This document shows positions 1-6,994 of a stretch of DNA of 28,652 nucleotides, piece after piece; position 1 is the first letter of the stretch, and the number at the start of each line of letters is the position of its first letter. A model generated the notes under the pieces. It worked only from the letters and a program-made list of their open reading frames with translations. It ran no database searches and was not told the DNA's origin. The position numbers were made by a program, and so were the translations under genes. Source of the stretch: Armatimonadota bacterium (lineage in GTDB: Bacteria > Armatimonadota > Armatimonadia > Armatimonadales > Armatimonadaceae); the NCBI GenBank assembly GCA_046076415.1, contig JBJTRZ010000636.1, positions 1-28,652 of the forward strand, written 5' to 3'.

Positions 1-44
1 TGGCCTTGGGCCTGGCCGCCCGGGACAGCCTGATCGGTTCGTAG
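1..44 (+). CDS. pilM: 3' end of probable type IV pilus assembly protein PilM (partial)
   Basis: Frame from nt 3 reads ALGLAARDSLIGS*, resembling the PilM C-terminal A(V/L)GLALR motif, and lies directly upstream of pilN. Only 13 codons are visible. Confidence 0.6.
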   Translation, partial: ALGLAARDSLIGS

Positions 45-137
45 GCCTCGGGTGGACGGTCTCGTCTACCGAAGATGGATGAGTCAGCGTGAAGGCGGCC
101 GCCGCTCCGGCGGTCGAATGGAGTCCGAAGGAAAACG

Positions 138-905
138 ATGCTGCGCATCAATCTATTGCCCGCGTACATCGCGGAACAGCGCAAGACCCGCATGGCATGG
201 GTCGCCACCGGTTTCGGTGTCGCGGCCGTGGTTGGCGGGTTGATCGGCTACGAGTTCGCCTACCTCCAGCCCAAGGTCTCCGAGATGACCCAACAGGCCC
301 AGAAGGCGGATTCCGAGGCCAGTGCGGTTGAAAAGCTGGAGCAGGACGCCAAGAACGAACTTGCAAAGATCCAGCCGATCCAAGCGAAGGTCACCTTCGT
401 GAAGGGCGTGCAGTACTTCAACCTGCTGGTTCCTCAGATCTACCGGAATGTGGCGCGCTACACCTACAACAAGGTCGAGTACAGCTCCATGAATGCGTCG
501 GGGGACACCCTCACCATCAACGCGATGGTTCAGGATCTCTCCGACGTTGGGCGTTTTTACCTGACGCTGTTCGCCAACCCCGACATAACCGCGTTGAGCA
601 TCAAGGGCATGCCGGGTTGGCCCAACGCCACCACCGCATCCAATCCGCTGCCGGGTGAAGGCAATGTCAACCCGGATCGCGGTGGATTCCCGCTCGGCGT
701 CACCGCGAAGCTCGCGCAGGCAGTTGCTCCGCCCGCTTTCGCGGGAGCCCCCGCGGCCGCCGGCGGCGGCATGGGCGGGATGATGGGGGCCGGCGGCGCC
801 CCGATGATGGGCGGAATGATGAGCGGGGGCATGGCCGGTGGAATGCCCGGCGGCGCCGGTGGAGGCAGCATGGGTGGTTCCGGCGGAACGCAGAAGGGCG
901 AATAG
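138..905 (+). CDS. pilN: Type IV pilus assembly protein PilN-like with Gly/Met-rich C-terminal tail
   Basis: Hallmark N-terminal INLLP motif (MLRINLLP), one TM helix, coiled coil, then a periplasmic domain. AAGGA SD upstream. Position after pilM. Confidence 0.85.
   Translation: MLRINLLPAYIAEQRKTRMAWVATGFGVAAVVGGLIGYEFAYLQPKVSEMTQQAQKADSEASAVEKLEQDAKNELAKIQPIQAKVTFVKGVQYFNLLVPQIYRNVARYTYNKVEYSSMNASGDTLTINAMVQDLSDVGRFYLTLFANPDITALSIKGMPGWPNATTASNPLPGEGNVNPDRGGFPLGVTAKLAQAVAPPAFAGAPAAAGGGMGGMMGAGGAPMMGGMMSGGMAGGMPGGAGGGSMGGSGGTQKGE
762..902 (+). repeat. Gly/Met-rich coding low-complexity tail of PilN
   Basis: Encodes GGGMGGMMGAGGAPMMGGMMSGGMAGGMPGGAGGGSMGG...; near-identical copy in pilO. Confidence 0.9.
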
Positions 906-923
906 GGCGAGGAAAGCACGACC

Positions 924-1691
924 ATGTCCAAGATTACTCGGGCCCAGATCTACATCATTGGCGCCGTCCTCGTCGTCATCGCCGGTGTCGGCATATTCTT
1001 TGGCTTGATCAAGCCGTCGATGGAAGAATACGACGCTCAGGAAAAGAAATTCAACGACCGGAGCACCGTGGCTGCTCGGCGCGGTCAGGCCGAAAACGGC
1101 CTCAAGGACGCCAAGAAGCAAGTCGCCCAGGCGGAAGCCGATTGGGGAGTGTATCTCGATCGATACATGCCTCCGATCGATGTCACCAACACGTACAAGG
1201 CCTGGCAGTCGCTGGTCAACGAACAGGTCAATGTCCTGGGGCCGATGCTTGACAAATTCGTGAAGGCGGACAAATCGGTTCGCCTGCAGCAGTACGGGTT
1301 TTCGTTGCCTGCTGCGCCGGATGATCCCAATGCGGCGCTCAGCGAACTCTTCGTGTTCAGCCCGGGATCGATTCAGGTTGCGGGAACGTTCAAGAACGTG
1401 CTGCGGCACGTGGAGCGTTGGAACAACTTCGGACGACTGGCACTGGTAACGGGACTCCAGTTGCAGGGCAACTCCCCGAACCTGGTCGGGCAGTACGGCG
1501 TCACCATTTACGAATTCACCCGCGGCGACAAGGCCAAGGCGGTGATCATCCCGCAGGCCGGCGGTGGAGCCGGGGGTGGCATGGGCGGCATGATGGGTGG
1601 CTCGGGCGCCATGATGGGCGGAATGATGAGCGGTGGCATGGCCGGCGGAATGCCGGGCGGTGCGGGTGGCGGAAGCATGGGTGGAAAGTGA
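924..1691 (+). CDS. pilO: Type IV pilus assembly protein PilO-like with Gly/Met-rich C-terminal tail
   Basis: N-terminal TM helix (IYIIGAVLVVIAGVGIFFGLI), coiled coil, and a PilO-like core (IQVAGTFKNVLRHVERWNNFGRLALV). Follows pilN. GAGGA SD. Confidence 0.75.
   Translation: MSKITRAQIYIIGAVLVVIAGVGIFFGLIKPSMEEYDAQEKKFNDRSTVAARRGQAENGLKDAKKQVAQAEADWGVYLDRYMPPIDVTNTYKAWQSLVNEQVNVLGPMLDKFVKADKSVRLQQYGFSLPAAPDDPNAALSELFVFSPGSIQVAGTFKNVLRHVERWNNFGRLALVTGLQLQGNSPNLVGQYGVTIYEFTRGDKAKAVIIPQAGGGAGGGMGGMMGGSGAMMGGMMSGGMAGGMPGGAGGGSMGGK
1572..1688 (+). repeat. Gly/Met-rich coding low-complexity tail of PilO
   Basis: Encodes GGGMGGMMGGSGAMMGGMMSGGMAGGMPGGAGGGSMGGK. Confidence 0.9.
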
Positions 1692-1705
1692 TCCGAGCGA
1701 GGATT

Positions 1706-2572
1706 ATGAACGGAATGAACAACCAAGCGATCGCCATTTCGCTGCTTCTCGGCTTGACCGCGTTGACGGGATGCACGAGTTCGGACGATGCGGGTTCCGC
1801 GGGTGCGGGAACCGCTGCGCCGGCCCCGGCGGGCGCGGGTCCGACCGCTGGCGGAACCGGCGCGTCCCCGATGGGAGGGATGCCTGCCGCAGCCGGTGCC
1901 GGTGCTACCGGCCAGGTCGCCGGGTCGGAAGCGGGCAAGGACCTTGACTCTTGGTCGACCGTGGCCAAGCGGGTGCCGGGTTTTCCGGCTCCGGCGGCGG
2001 GTCAGGCGGGAGCCGGCAAGCCGGCCGAGGTTGCGGCGGGTGTTCCGCCGCCCAATCGCGCGGACCCGTTCGAGTCCTTCCGCAAAATCGTCGTACCGGA
2101 AATTCCCGCGTACACGATCGCGCTGCCGAGGCGTCTCGCGGCGGAGTACCGTCCGCCGGCCCCCAAGGTCGACGACGTGGATCCGAACCTGACCAAAGGT
2201 CCGTTGCCTCCGGTTCCCCGCCGAATCGCCGGTGTGATGTACAATGGGGCCATCACGGCGATCCTTGAAACGGGCGATGCCAACGGATCGGTTCAACACG
2301 ATGTCATTCGACCTGGTTCGGTGGTGCCCTCCGGTATCGCGGACCCGGCGGATCTCGTGGTCGAATCGATCACGATGAAGGCATTGGTTCTGCGCGCAGC
2401 GGATGGACGTTCCGTGGAAGTGAAGTTGTCGGGGCTTCCTCCGGCGGTGGCGGATGCGTTGCGCGGACAATTCGGCAACGGCACGGGAAATGCCGGCGGC
2501 GATGCGGGCATGGGTGTCGGTGCGGGAGGCGGCGGTGGTGCCGCCGGTCCCGGCGCGAAAATGGGTAATTAG
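1706..2572 (+). CDS. Lipoprotein in the PilP position (PilP/GspC-like)
   Basis: Lipoprotein signal ending LTALTG-C, Ala/Gly/Pro linker, RADPF motif, and a C-terminal beta domain (IAGVMYNGAITAILETG...ITMKALVL). Start uncertain: GTG 1688, ATG 1706 or ATG 1715. Confidence 0.6.
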   Translation: MNGMNNQAIAISLLLGLTALTGCTSSDDAGSAGAGTAAPAPAGAGPTAGGTGASPMGGMPAAAGAGATGQVAGSEAGKDLDSWSTVAKRVPGFPAPAAGQAGAGKPAEVAAGVPPPNRADPFESFRKIVVPEIPAYTIALPRRLAAEYRPPAPKVDDVDPNLTKGPLPPVPRRIAGVMYNGAITAILETGDANGSVQHDVIRPGSVVPSGIADPADLVVESITMKALVLRAADGRSVEVKLSGLPPAVADALRGQFGNGTGNAGGDAGMGVGAGGGGGAAGPGAKMGN

Positions 2573-2637
2573 GCGTTATCGGCGAGCGTTTTGGTGTGGT
2601 CCGGAACCCGACGGGTTTCCGGGATTCGTGAGGTGAC

Positions 2638-3261
2638 ATGATGAACAATGCGATTCGATTTTCGATGATGGTTGTCGGACTGGCGACGGTTGGCACGGTC
2701 GTGTCGGCGCCGGCGCTTGCGCAACAAGAGCGCAATTCCAGTACGGTCACCCTCGACCTCAAGGATGCTCCGATCCGCACGACGCTCGAAATGGCGTTCA
2801 AGCAGGCCGGCATCACCAATTACGTGATCGACAACAATGTTGCGGGATTCGTCACGATGACGATCACGGAGCAACCGTTCGAGAACGCGTTGAAGTTGAT
2901 CATGCGTGCCGCGACGGTTCCGCTCACCTACATCAAGGAAAACAACGTTTACATCGTCAAGCCGCGACAGATTTCGCAGCCCCAGACGACTCCTGCGCCC
3001 GACATCAATCGTGAAGAGGAAAACTCCCAGGACAATGTCACGTTCGAGCGCATTCCCCTCACCTACATCGACCCGATGGACCTGCAACTTGCCTTTGGTC
3101 AGATCCTCTATGTTCGTCAATTCATGGGCCGGATGATGTCCGGTGGCATGGGTGGCATGGGCGGTGGGATGGGCGGCATGGGCGGCGGCATGGGCGGCAT
3201 GGGCGGCGGCATGGGTGGTTTTGGAGGAATGGGTGGATTCGGCGGAGGCCGCAACTTCTAA
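2638..3261 (+). CDS. Secreted stand-alone secretin N-terminal (STN/N0) domain protein with (GGM)n tail and no secretin barrel
   Basis: GAGGTGA SD, Sec signal (..SAPALA-QQ), STN-like domain (VTLDLKDAPIRTTLEM...VAGFVTMTITEQPFENALKLIM), a partial N-domain (ERIPLTYIDPMDL), then a Gly/Met repeat to the stop. Confidence 0.75.
   Translation: MMNNAIRFSMMVVGLATVGTVVSAPALAQQERNSSTVTLDLKDAPIRTTLEMAFKQAGITNYVIDNNVAGFVTMTITEQPFENALKLIMRAATVPLTYIKENNVYIVKPRQISQPQTTPAPDINREEENSQDNVTFERIPLTYIDPMDLQLAFGQILYVRQFMGRMMSGGMGGMGGGMGGMGGGMGGMGGGMGGFGGMGGFGGGRNF
3124..3249 (+). repeat. Coding tandem repeat (GGMGGGM-type units)
   Basis: Imperfect tandem ggc-ggc-atg / ggc-ggc-ggc-atg units encoding MMSGGMGGMGGGMGGMGGGMGGMGGGMGGFGGMGGFGGG. 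Confidence 0.9.
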
Positions 3262-3357
3262 TAGTCGCTCGAAATGTTGCCAGGGACCGTGCAGGAATTC
3301 GCGCGGTCCCGTTGAAAGAAAACGGGATTGCGCGAACACACGATGTGGAGGACTTGT

Positions 3358-5028
3358 ATGCGTAACCAGTCGCGGCGCGCCCAGCGAGGCGTGCTGATGG
3401 CGGCCTGGGCACTGACGGCCCCGGTGTTGATGATTCAGCCGGCTAGGGCTCAGGATTCGGTTCCCGCTGGGGCGACCGTCACTTTGGAGTTGCGGGATGC
3501 CCGCATGCAGGATGCCGTCACGGCGCTCACCGCCAAGAGCGGCATGAACATCGTGATTGTTCCCGGTGCGTATCAGAACGTTACGCTCAAGCTGGCGGAA
3601 ATGCCTGTGGACAAGGCGCTCAAGGCGATCGCCTCGGCCGCCGGTGCGACGCTCGAGGAAGCCGATGGTATCTACTACCTTCGTCCCGCGGGCTTCAAGC
3701 AGCCAGAGCCGAAGGTCGAAGCGAAGCCGGCCCCGGCTCCCGTGGCCGAACCCGTGGTGGTCGCGCCCCGCAAGGGTCCGATGATCTGGGCGAAGGTCGA
3801 GCTGAAGTTCCTTCCTCCGAAGGCGGCGCTTGCCATTCTCAAGAACGACCAAGCGGGCCAACTCATGGCATCCGACACGCGGTTCGCTGAACTGCAACCG
3901 CGGGTATTGGGTGGCGCGCCCGCCCAGTTCGCCTTGAATCCCTCGAATCCGTTGGTGCCGGCGGCTCCGGCCAATCGCGGTCCCATTCAAGGGGGTTCCC
4001 CTGAAGTCGGCGGAACCGATGGCGCCGGACAACGCGGCGGCATGGGCGGTTTCGGCGGTGGCATGGGCGGCATGGGCGGCGGCATGGGTGGCATGGGTGG
4101 CGGCTTCGGCCAAGGTGGCCTCAACGGCGGTGGCGGAGCGGGCCGCGGTTTTGGCCAGGGCGGTGCCCAGGGTCAAGGCGGCGGTGCACTCCTTCCCGAC
4201 GGAATCCGCAACCTGATCACCGGCGACTCGGACAACTCGCTGATCGTCCAGGGTGAAGCGCAGGCCATCGAGGAACTCAAGCAGATCATTCGCTTCCTCG
4301 ATGTTGCGCCGAAGCAGTTGATGATCAAGGCGGAATTTGTCACGGTCAACATCTCCGATGCCCAGGGTTTCGGTATCGACTGGAAGATCACGCCGGCCGG
4401 CAACCTCGACATGAACATCGCTCCCACGACGTTCAACGCGGCGCCGAGCGTGACTATGGCATACGCCTCGGGTAATGCGGTGGCCGCGTTGCGCGCCGCC
4501 GCCACGAAGAACACGTCGAATATTCTTCAGGCGCCGATGATCACCACGTCGAACAACCAACCGGCGATGATCCAGACGTTCCTGACCACGACGATCTTCA
4601 TCAACCAACAGGTGATCACGGCGTTTGGGTCCTTCACCCAGACGTTGCCGATCCAGATTCCGGTTCAGAGCGGGCTGAACGTGACGCCGCACATCAACGG
4701 CGACGGTACGATCAGCATGTTCCTGACGCCGCAACTGTCCTCGTTCCGCGTGGTCCCCGGTGTTGGCACCTCCCCTGGTTTTGAAACCTCCACGCAGTTC
4801 CTCACCACGTTCCGACGCCTCAAGAACGGCGAAACGATGGTGATCGGTGGTTTCATCACCAATCGCGAGGACAAGAACGAGACTCGTGTTCCGTTGCTCA
4901 GCGATCTGCCGATCATTGGAAATCTGTTCACACAGCGTTCCAAGGCGGCAAACGGACAGGAAATTCTGGTCTTCATCACGCCGACGATCCTGGATGATCC
5001 CGGTTCGACCACGGGCGTGAATCTGTAG
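3358..5028 (+). CDS. Secretin (PilQ/GspD family)
   Basis: GGAGG SD 6 nt before ATG 3358, signal peptide, STN domain, N3-like domain (NSLIVQGEAQAIEELKQIIRFLD), and secretin core (KQLMIKAEFV...GETMVIGGFI...RVPLLSDLPIIGNLF...EILVFITPTI). Confidence 0.92.
   Translation: MRNQSRRAQRGVLMAAWALTAPVLMIQPARAQDSVPAGATVTLELRDARMQDAVTALTAKSGMNIVIVPGAYQNVTLKLAEMPVDKALKAIASAAGATLEEADGIYYLRPAGFKQPEPKVEAKPAPAPVAEPVVVAPRKGPMIWAKVELKFLPPKAALAILKNDQAGQLMASDTRFAELQPRVLGGAPAQFALNPSNPLVPAAPANRGPIQGGSPEVGGTDGAGQRGGMGGFGGGMGGMGGGMGGMGGGFGQGGLNGGGGAGRGFGQGGAQGQGGGALLPDGIRNLITGDSDNSLIVQGEAQAIEELKQIIRFLDVAPKQLMIKAEFVTVNISDAQGFGIDWKITPAGNLDMNIAPTTFNAAPSVTMAYASGNAVAALRAAATKNTSNILQAPMITTSNNQPAMIQTFLTTTIFINQQVITAFGSFTQTLPIQIPVQSGLNVTPHINGDGTISMFLTPQLSSFRVVPGVGTSPGFETSTQFLTTFRRLKNGETMVIGGFITNREDKNETRVPLLSDLPIIGNLFTQRSKAANGQEILVFITPTILDDPGSTTGVNL
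4036..4110 (+). repeat. Coding Gly/Met/Phe repeat inside the secretin N-domain loop
   Basis: Encodes GGMGGFGGGMGGMGGGMGGMGGGFG, the same unit as the upstream STN-protein tail. Confidence 0.9.
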
Positions 5029-5046
5029 GGTTTTCCAAGCGAGAAC

Positions 5047-5082
5047 AACGGGGCCGGTCCTTCATGGATCGGCCCCGTTTTG
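5047..5082 (+). terminator. Intrinsic terminator after the pilus/secretin operon
   Basis: AACGGGGCCGGTCC-ttcat-GGATCGGCCCCGTT stem (one G-U) whose 3' end runs into a TTTTGT tract. Confidence 0.75.
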
Positions 5083-5092
5083 TGCGCCACGG

Positions 5093-5098
5093 TACAAT
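5093..5098 (+). promoter_or_regulatory. Putative -10 box (TACAAT) for a leaderless aroK transcript
   Basis: TACAAT lies 5 nt before ATG 5104, with no SD motif, just after a terminator. Confidence 0.5.
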
Positions 5099-5103
5099 GC
5101 GCC

Positions 5104-5685
5104 ATGCCGACGGAGGGTCTTTCTTCCTGCGATCCGCGCCCACTGCCGGAGAATATTGTCTTGGTCGGGTTCATGGGTTGTGGTAAGTCGACGCTGGGTC
5201 GACTGCTCGCGGAACGTCTTGGTTGGCGTTTTGTCGACACGGACCGAGTCGTCGAAGCGGCCGCCGGGATGACCATTGCGGAAATCTTTACCGAATCGGG
5301 CGAGGCGGCATTCCGGGACAAGGAAACCGAAGCCGTCCTTGGTGCCTGCACTGGCCTTGGCCAAGTAATAGCGACGGGTGGCGGCGCGGTTATGCGGGAT
5401 GCGAACGCGCGGGCGATGCGTGCTGCGGGGATGGTGGTTTGGTTGACCGCACGTGCCGAGGTCATCGCCGCGAGGACTTCCCGCCGCCAAGGGCGCCGAC
5501 CATTGCTCGATGGCGATGAGGATCCTCTGATCCGTATCCATCTTATGCTGGCCGAGCGTGGACCTATTTACCGTTCGGTGTGCGACCGAATTGTGGACAC
5601 AAGCGATCGACCACCCCGGCAAATGGTGGCCGAATTGGAACGTGTGGTTCGAGGCATTTCCCGTGTTCCGGAGCGGAGCCGGTGA
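5104..5685 (+). CDS. aroK: Shikimate kinase
   Basis: NIVLVGFMGCGKST Walker A, FVDTD, IAEIF, GEAAFR, VIATGGG and RPLL motifs. Confidence 0.95.
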   Translation: MPTEGLSSCDPRPLPENIVLVGFMGCGKSTLGRLLAERLGWRFVDTDRVVEAAAGMTIAEIFTESGEAAFRDKETEAVLGACTGLGQVIATGGGAVMRDANARAMRAAGMVVWLTARAEVIAARTSRRQGRRPLLDGDEDPLIRIHLMLAERGPIYRSVCDRIVDTSDRPPRQMVAELERVVRGISRVPERSR

Positions 5686-6803
5686 AACGTACCGTCGAGG
5701 TGGCATTGGCCGGAGGTCGTGGATACACGATTCATATTGGTCCCGGGCTTCGCCATGGAATCGGTGGATTGGCACCGTTCGTGGGATCGACCGGACGAGT
5801 GGTGGTGCTTGCGGACGCCAACGTTTTGAGCGATTCGGTGCCATGGGGCGTCGAATTGGCCACGGAATTGGTTCGTGCTGGATGGCGGGTAGATTCGCTT
5901 GGCTTTCCCTTGGGAGAAGTCCGGAAACAATGGCCGTCGGTTGAAAAAATGCTCGACGGACTGTACACGCTCGGTGATGTCGACCGCAAATCGATTCTGA
6001 TCGCCGCGGGGGGTGGTGTTGCGGGCGATGTGGTCGGGTTCGTCGCGTCGCTCTGGATGCGCGGTGTGCGCTACGTGCAATTCCCCACGACATTGCTTGC
6101 GGCGGTGGATTCCAGTGTCGGGGGCAAGACCGGAATCGATTTCCGTTCGGGCAAGAACTTGGTCGGTGCGTTCCACCAGCCGAGTGCGGTGTTCGTTGAT
6201 ACCGATTGCTTGGCGTCGCTGCCGGTGGAGGAGTTGCGATCGGGTGCGGCGGAGGTCGTCAAGTACGGATTCATCGCCAATGCGGATTTGCTCGACCGTC
6301 TTGTCGATTCCCATGGGGGGGCGTTCTGGGAGAATCCCGAGACGCTCTCGGAGGTCATCGCGGAGTCGTGCCGGATCAAGGCCGAGGTGGTGGTTGCCGA
6401 CGAGCGTGAGGAATCCGGGCTTCGTGCCACATTGAACTACGGGCATACCATCGGCCACGCGCTCGAAGGGGCGACCGGCTACGCGCGCTTCCGGCACGGG
6501 GAAGCGATTGCGATCGGAATGGTTTCGGCGGCCTGCATCGGCGAAGTGGTCGGGTGCACGCCTCCGGATGTGCGCTGTCGTACGGTTGCGGCGTTGCGAT
6601 CCCTTGGTCTGCCTTGGCGTCTTCCCGACGACATTTCCGACGATCTGTTGGTTGCGATTACGCGACGCGACAAGAAGGCCTCTTCGGGTGCGGTTCGGTA
6701 TGTACTCGCGGACGAAGTTGGTCGGGTGGGCCTTCGGGCGGTGGAAGAGGCGCAGGTGTTCGAGGGATTGGCGCGGCAACGGGCGATGCGGGAGTTGGAT
6801 TGA
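5682..6803 (+). CDS. aroB: 3-dehydroquinate synthase
   Basis: GGGVAGDVVGF, RGVRYVQFPTTLLAAVDSSVGGKT, GKNLVGAFHQP, AEVVKYG, LNYGHTIGHALE and HGEAIAIGM motifs. GTG start overlaps the aroK stop (GTGA). Confidence 0.95.
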   Translation: MKRTVEVALAGGRGYTIHIGPGLRHGIGGLAPFVGSTGRVVVLADANVLSDSVPWGVELATELVRAGWRVDSLGFPLGEVRKQWPSVEKMLDGLYTLGDVDRKSILIAAGGGVAGDVVGFVASLWMRGVRYVQFPTTLLAAVDSSVGGKTGIDFRSGKNLVGAFHQPSAVFVDTDCLASLPVEELRSGAAEVVKYGFIANADLLDRLVDSHGGAFWENPETLSEVIAESCRIKAEVVVADEREESGLRATLNYGHTIGHALEGATGYARFRHGEAIAIGMVSAACIGEVVGCTPPDVRCRTVAALRSLGLPWRLPDDISDDLLVAITRRDKKASSGAVRYVLADEVGRVGLRAVEEAQVFEGLARQRAMRELD

Positions 6804-6994
6804 AAACCATTTCACCGATCTGGGACATTGCCGGTGCGGCTTGGGTCGTTCTGGCCGTCGCCGTGCATTACCTTCCGCAATTGGGACTGCCTGTTCCCTT
6901 CGCGGCGGCTACGGCGGTCTACGCGGCGTTGGTGATCCTGGGGCTCGCTCGCCTCGCCCTGTCGTTGCTTGGCAGATCGGGGAGCGCCGTATGA
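6800..6994 (+). CDS. Small (64 aa) two-TM membrane protein of unknown function
   Basis: TTG start overlaps the aroB stop (TTGA) and the stop overlaps the kinase ATG (ATGA). Two hydrophobic stretches (IAGAAWVVLAVAV; FAAATAVYAALVILGLA). Confidence 0.6.
   Translation: MKTISPIWDIAGAAWVVLAVAVHYLPQLGLPVPFAAATAVYAALVILGLARLALSLLGRSGSAV

Noticed and set aside
2601-2622. Small hairpin CCGGAACCCG/CGGGTTTCCGG before the STN gene as a terminator
   Set aside because: No U-tract and a bulged stem inside an apparent operon; at most an mRNA stability element.
3124-3249. Tandem GGCATG-type repeats as a possible CRISPR array or non-coding VNTR
   Set aside because: In-frame coding repeats with synonymous variation and no unique spacers; no cas genes nearby.
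3283-3340. Possible c-di-GMP-I riboswitch upstream of the secretin (GAAA-containing loop, GGGA)
   Set aside because: Lacks the GGCAAAC and GACGCAAAG-type conserved segments as I recall them. Kept only as an unassigned structure.
2569-4734. 721-aa minus-strand ORF, and similar long antisense ORFs (153-1409, 11708-12997, 13059-14216, 14546-16195, 17228-19054, 27004-28401)
   Set aside because: They lie opposite well-supported genes and have no recognisable motifs. Long shadow ORFs are expected in high-GC DNA.
2638-5028. STN protein plus secretin as one frameshifted or split pseudogene
   Set aside because: Each has its own SD, signal peptide and STN domain, and they are separated by a double stop and a 96-nt spacer.
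5104-6803. Apparently higher A/T at third codon positions in aroK-aroB than in 14-19 kb, suggesting horizontal transfer
   Set aside because: Impression only, not computed. There are no mobility genes or boundary repeats, and these are housekeeping genes in coupled synteny.
6508-6990. 161-aa N-terminal extension of the kinase in the ORF track, and similar extensions for ribD, sigma, fabI, terC and the peptidase
   Set aside because: They overlap neighbouring genes. Downstream starts with SD motifs or stop/start overlaps fit the family N-termini better.
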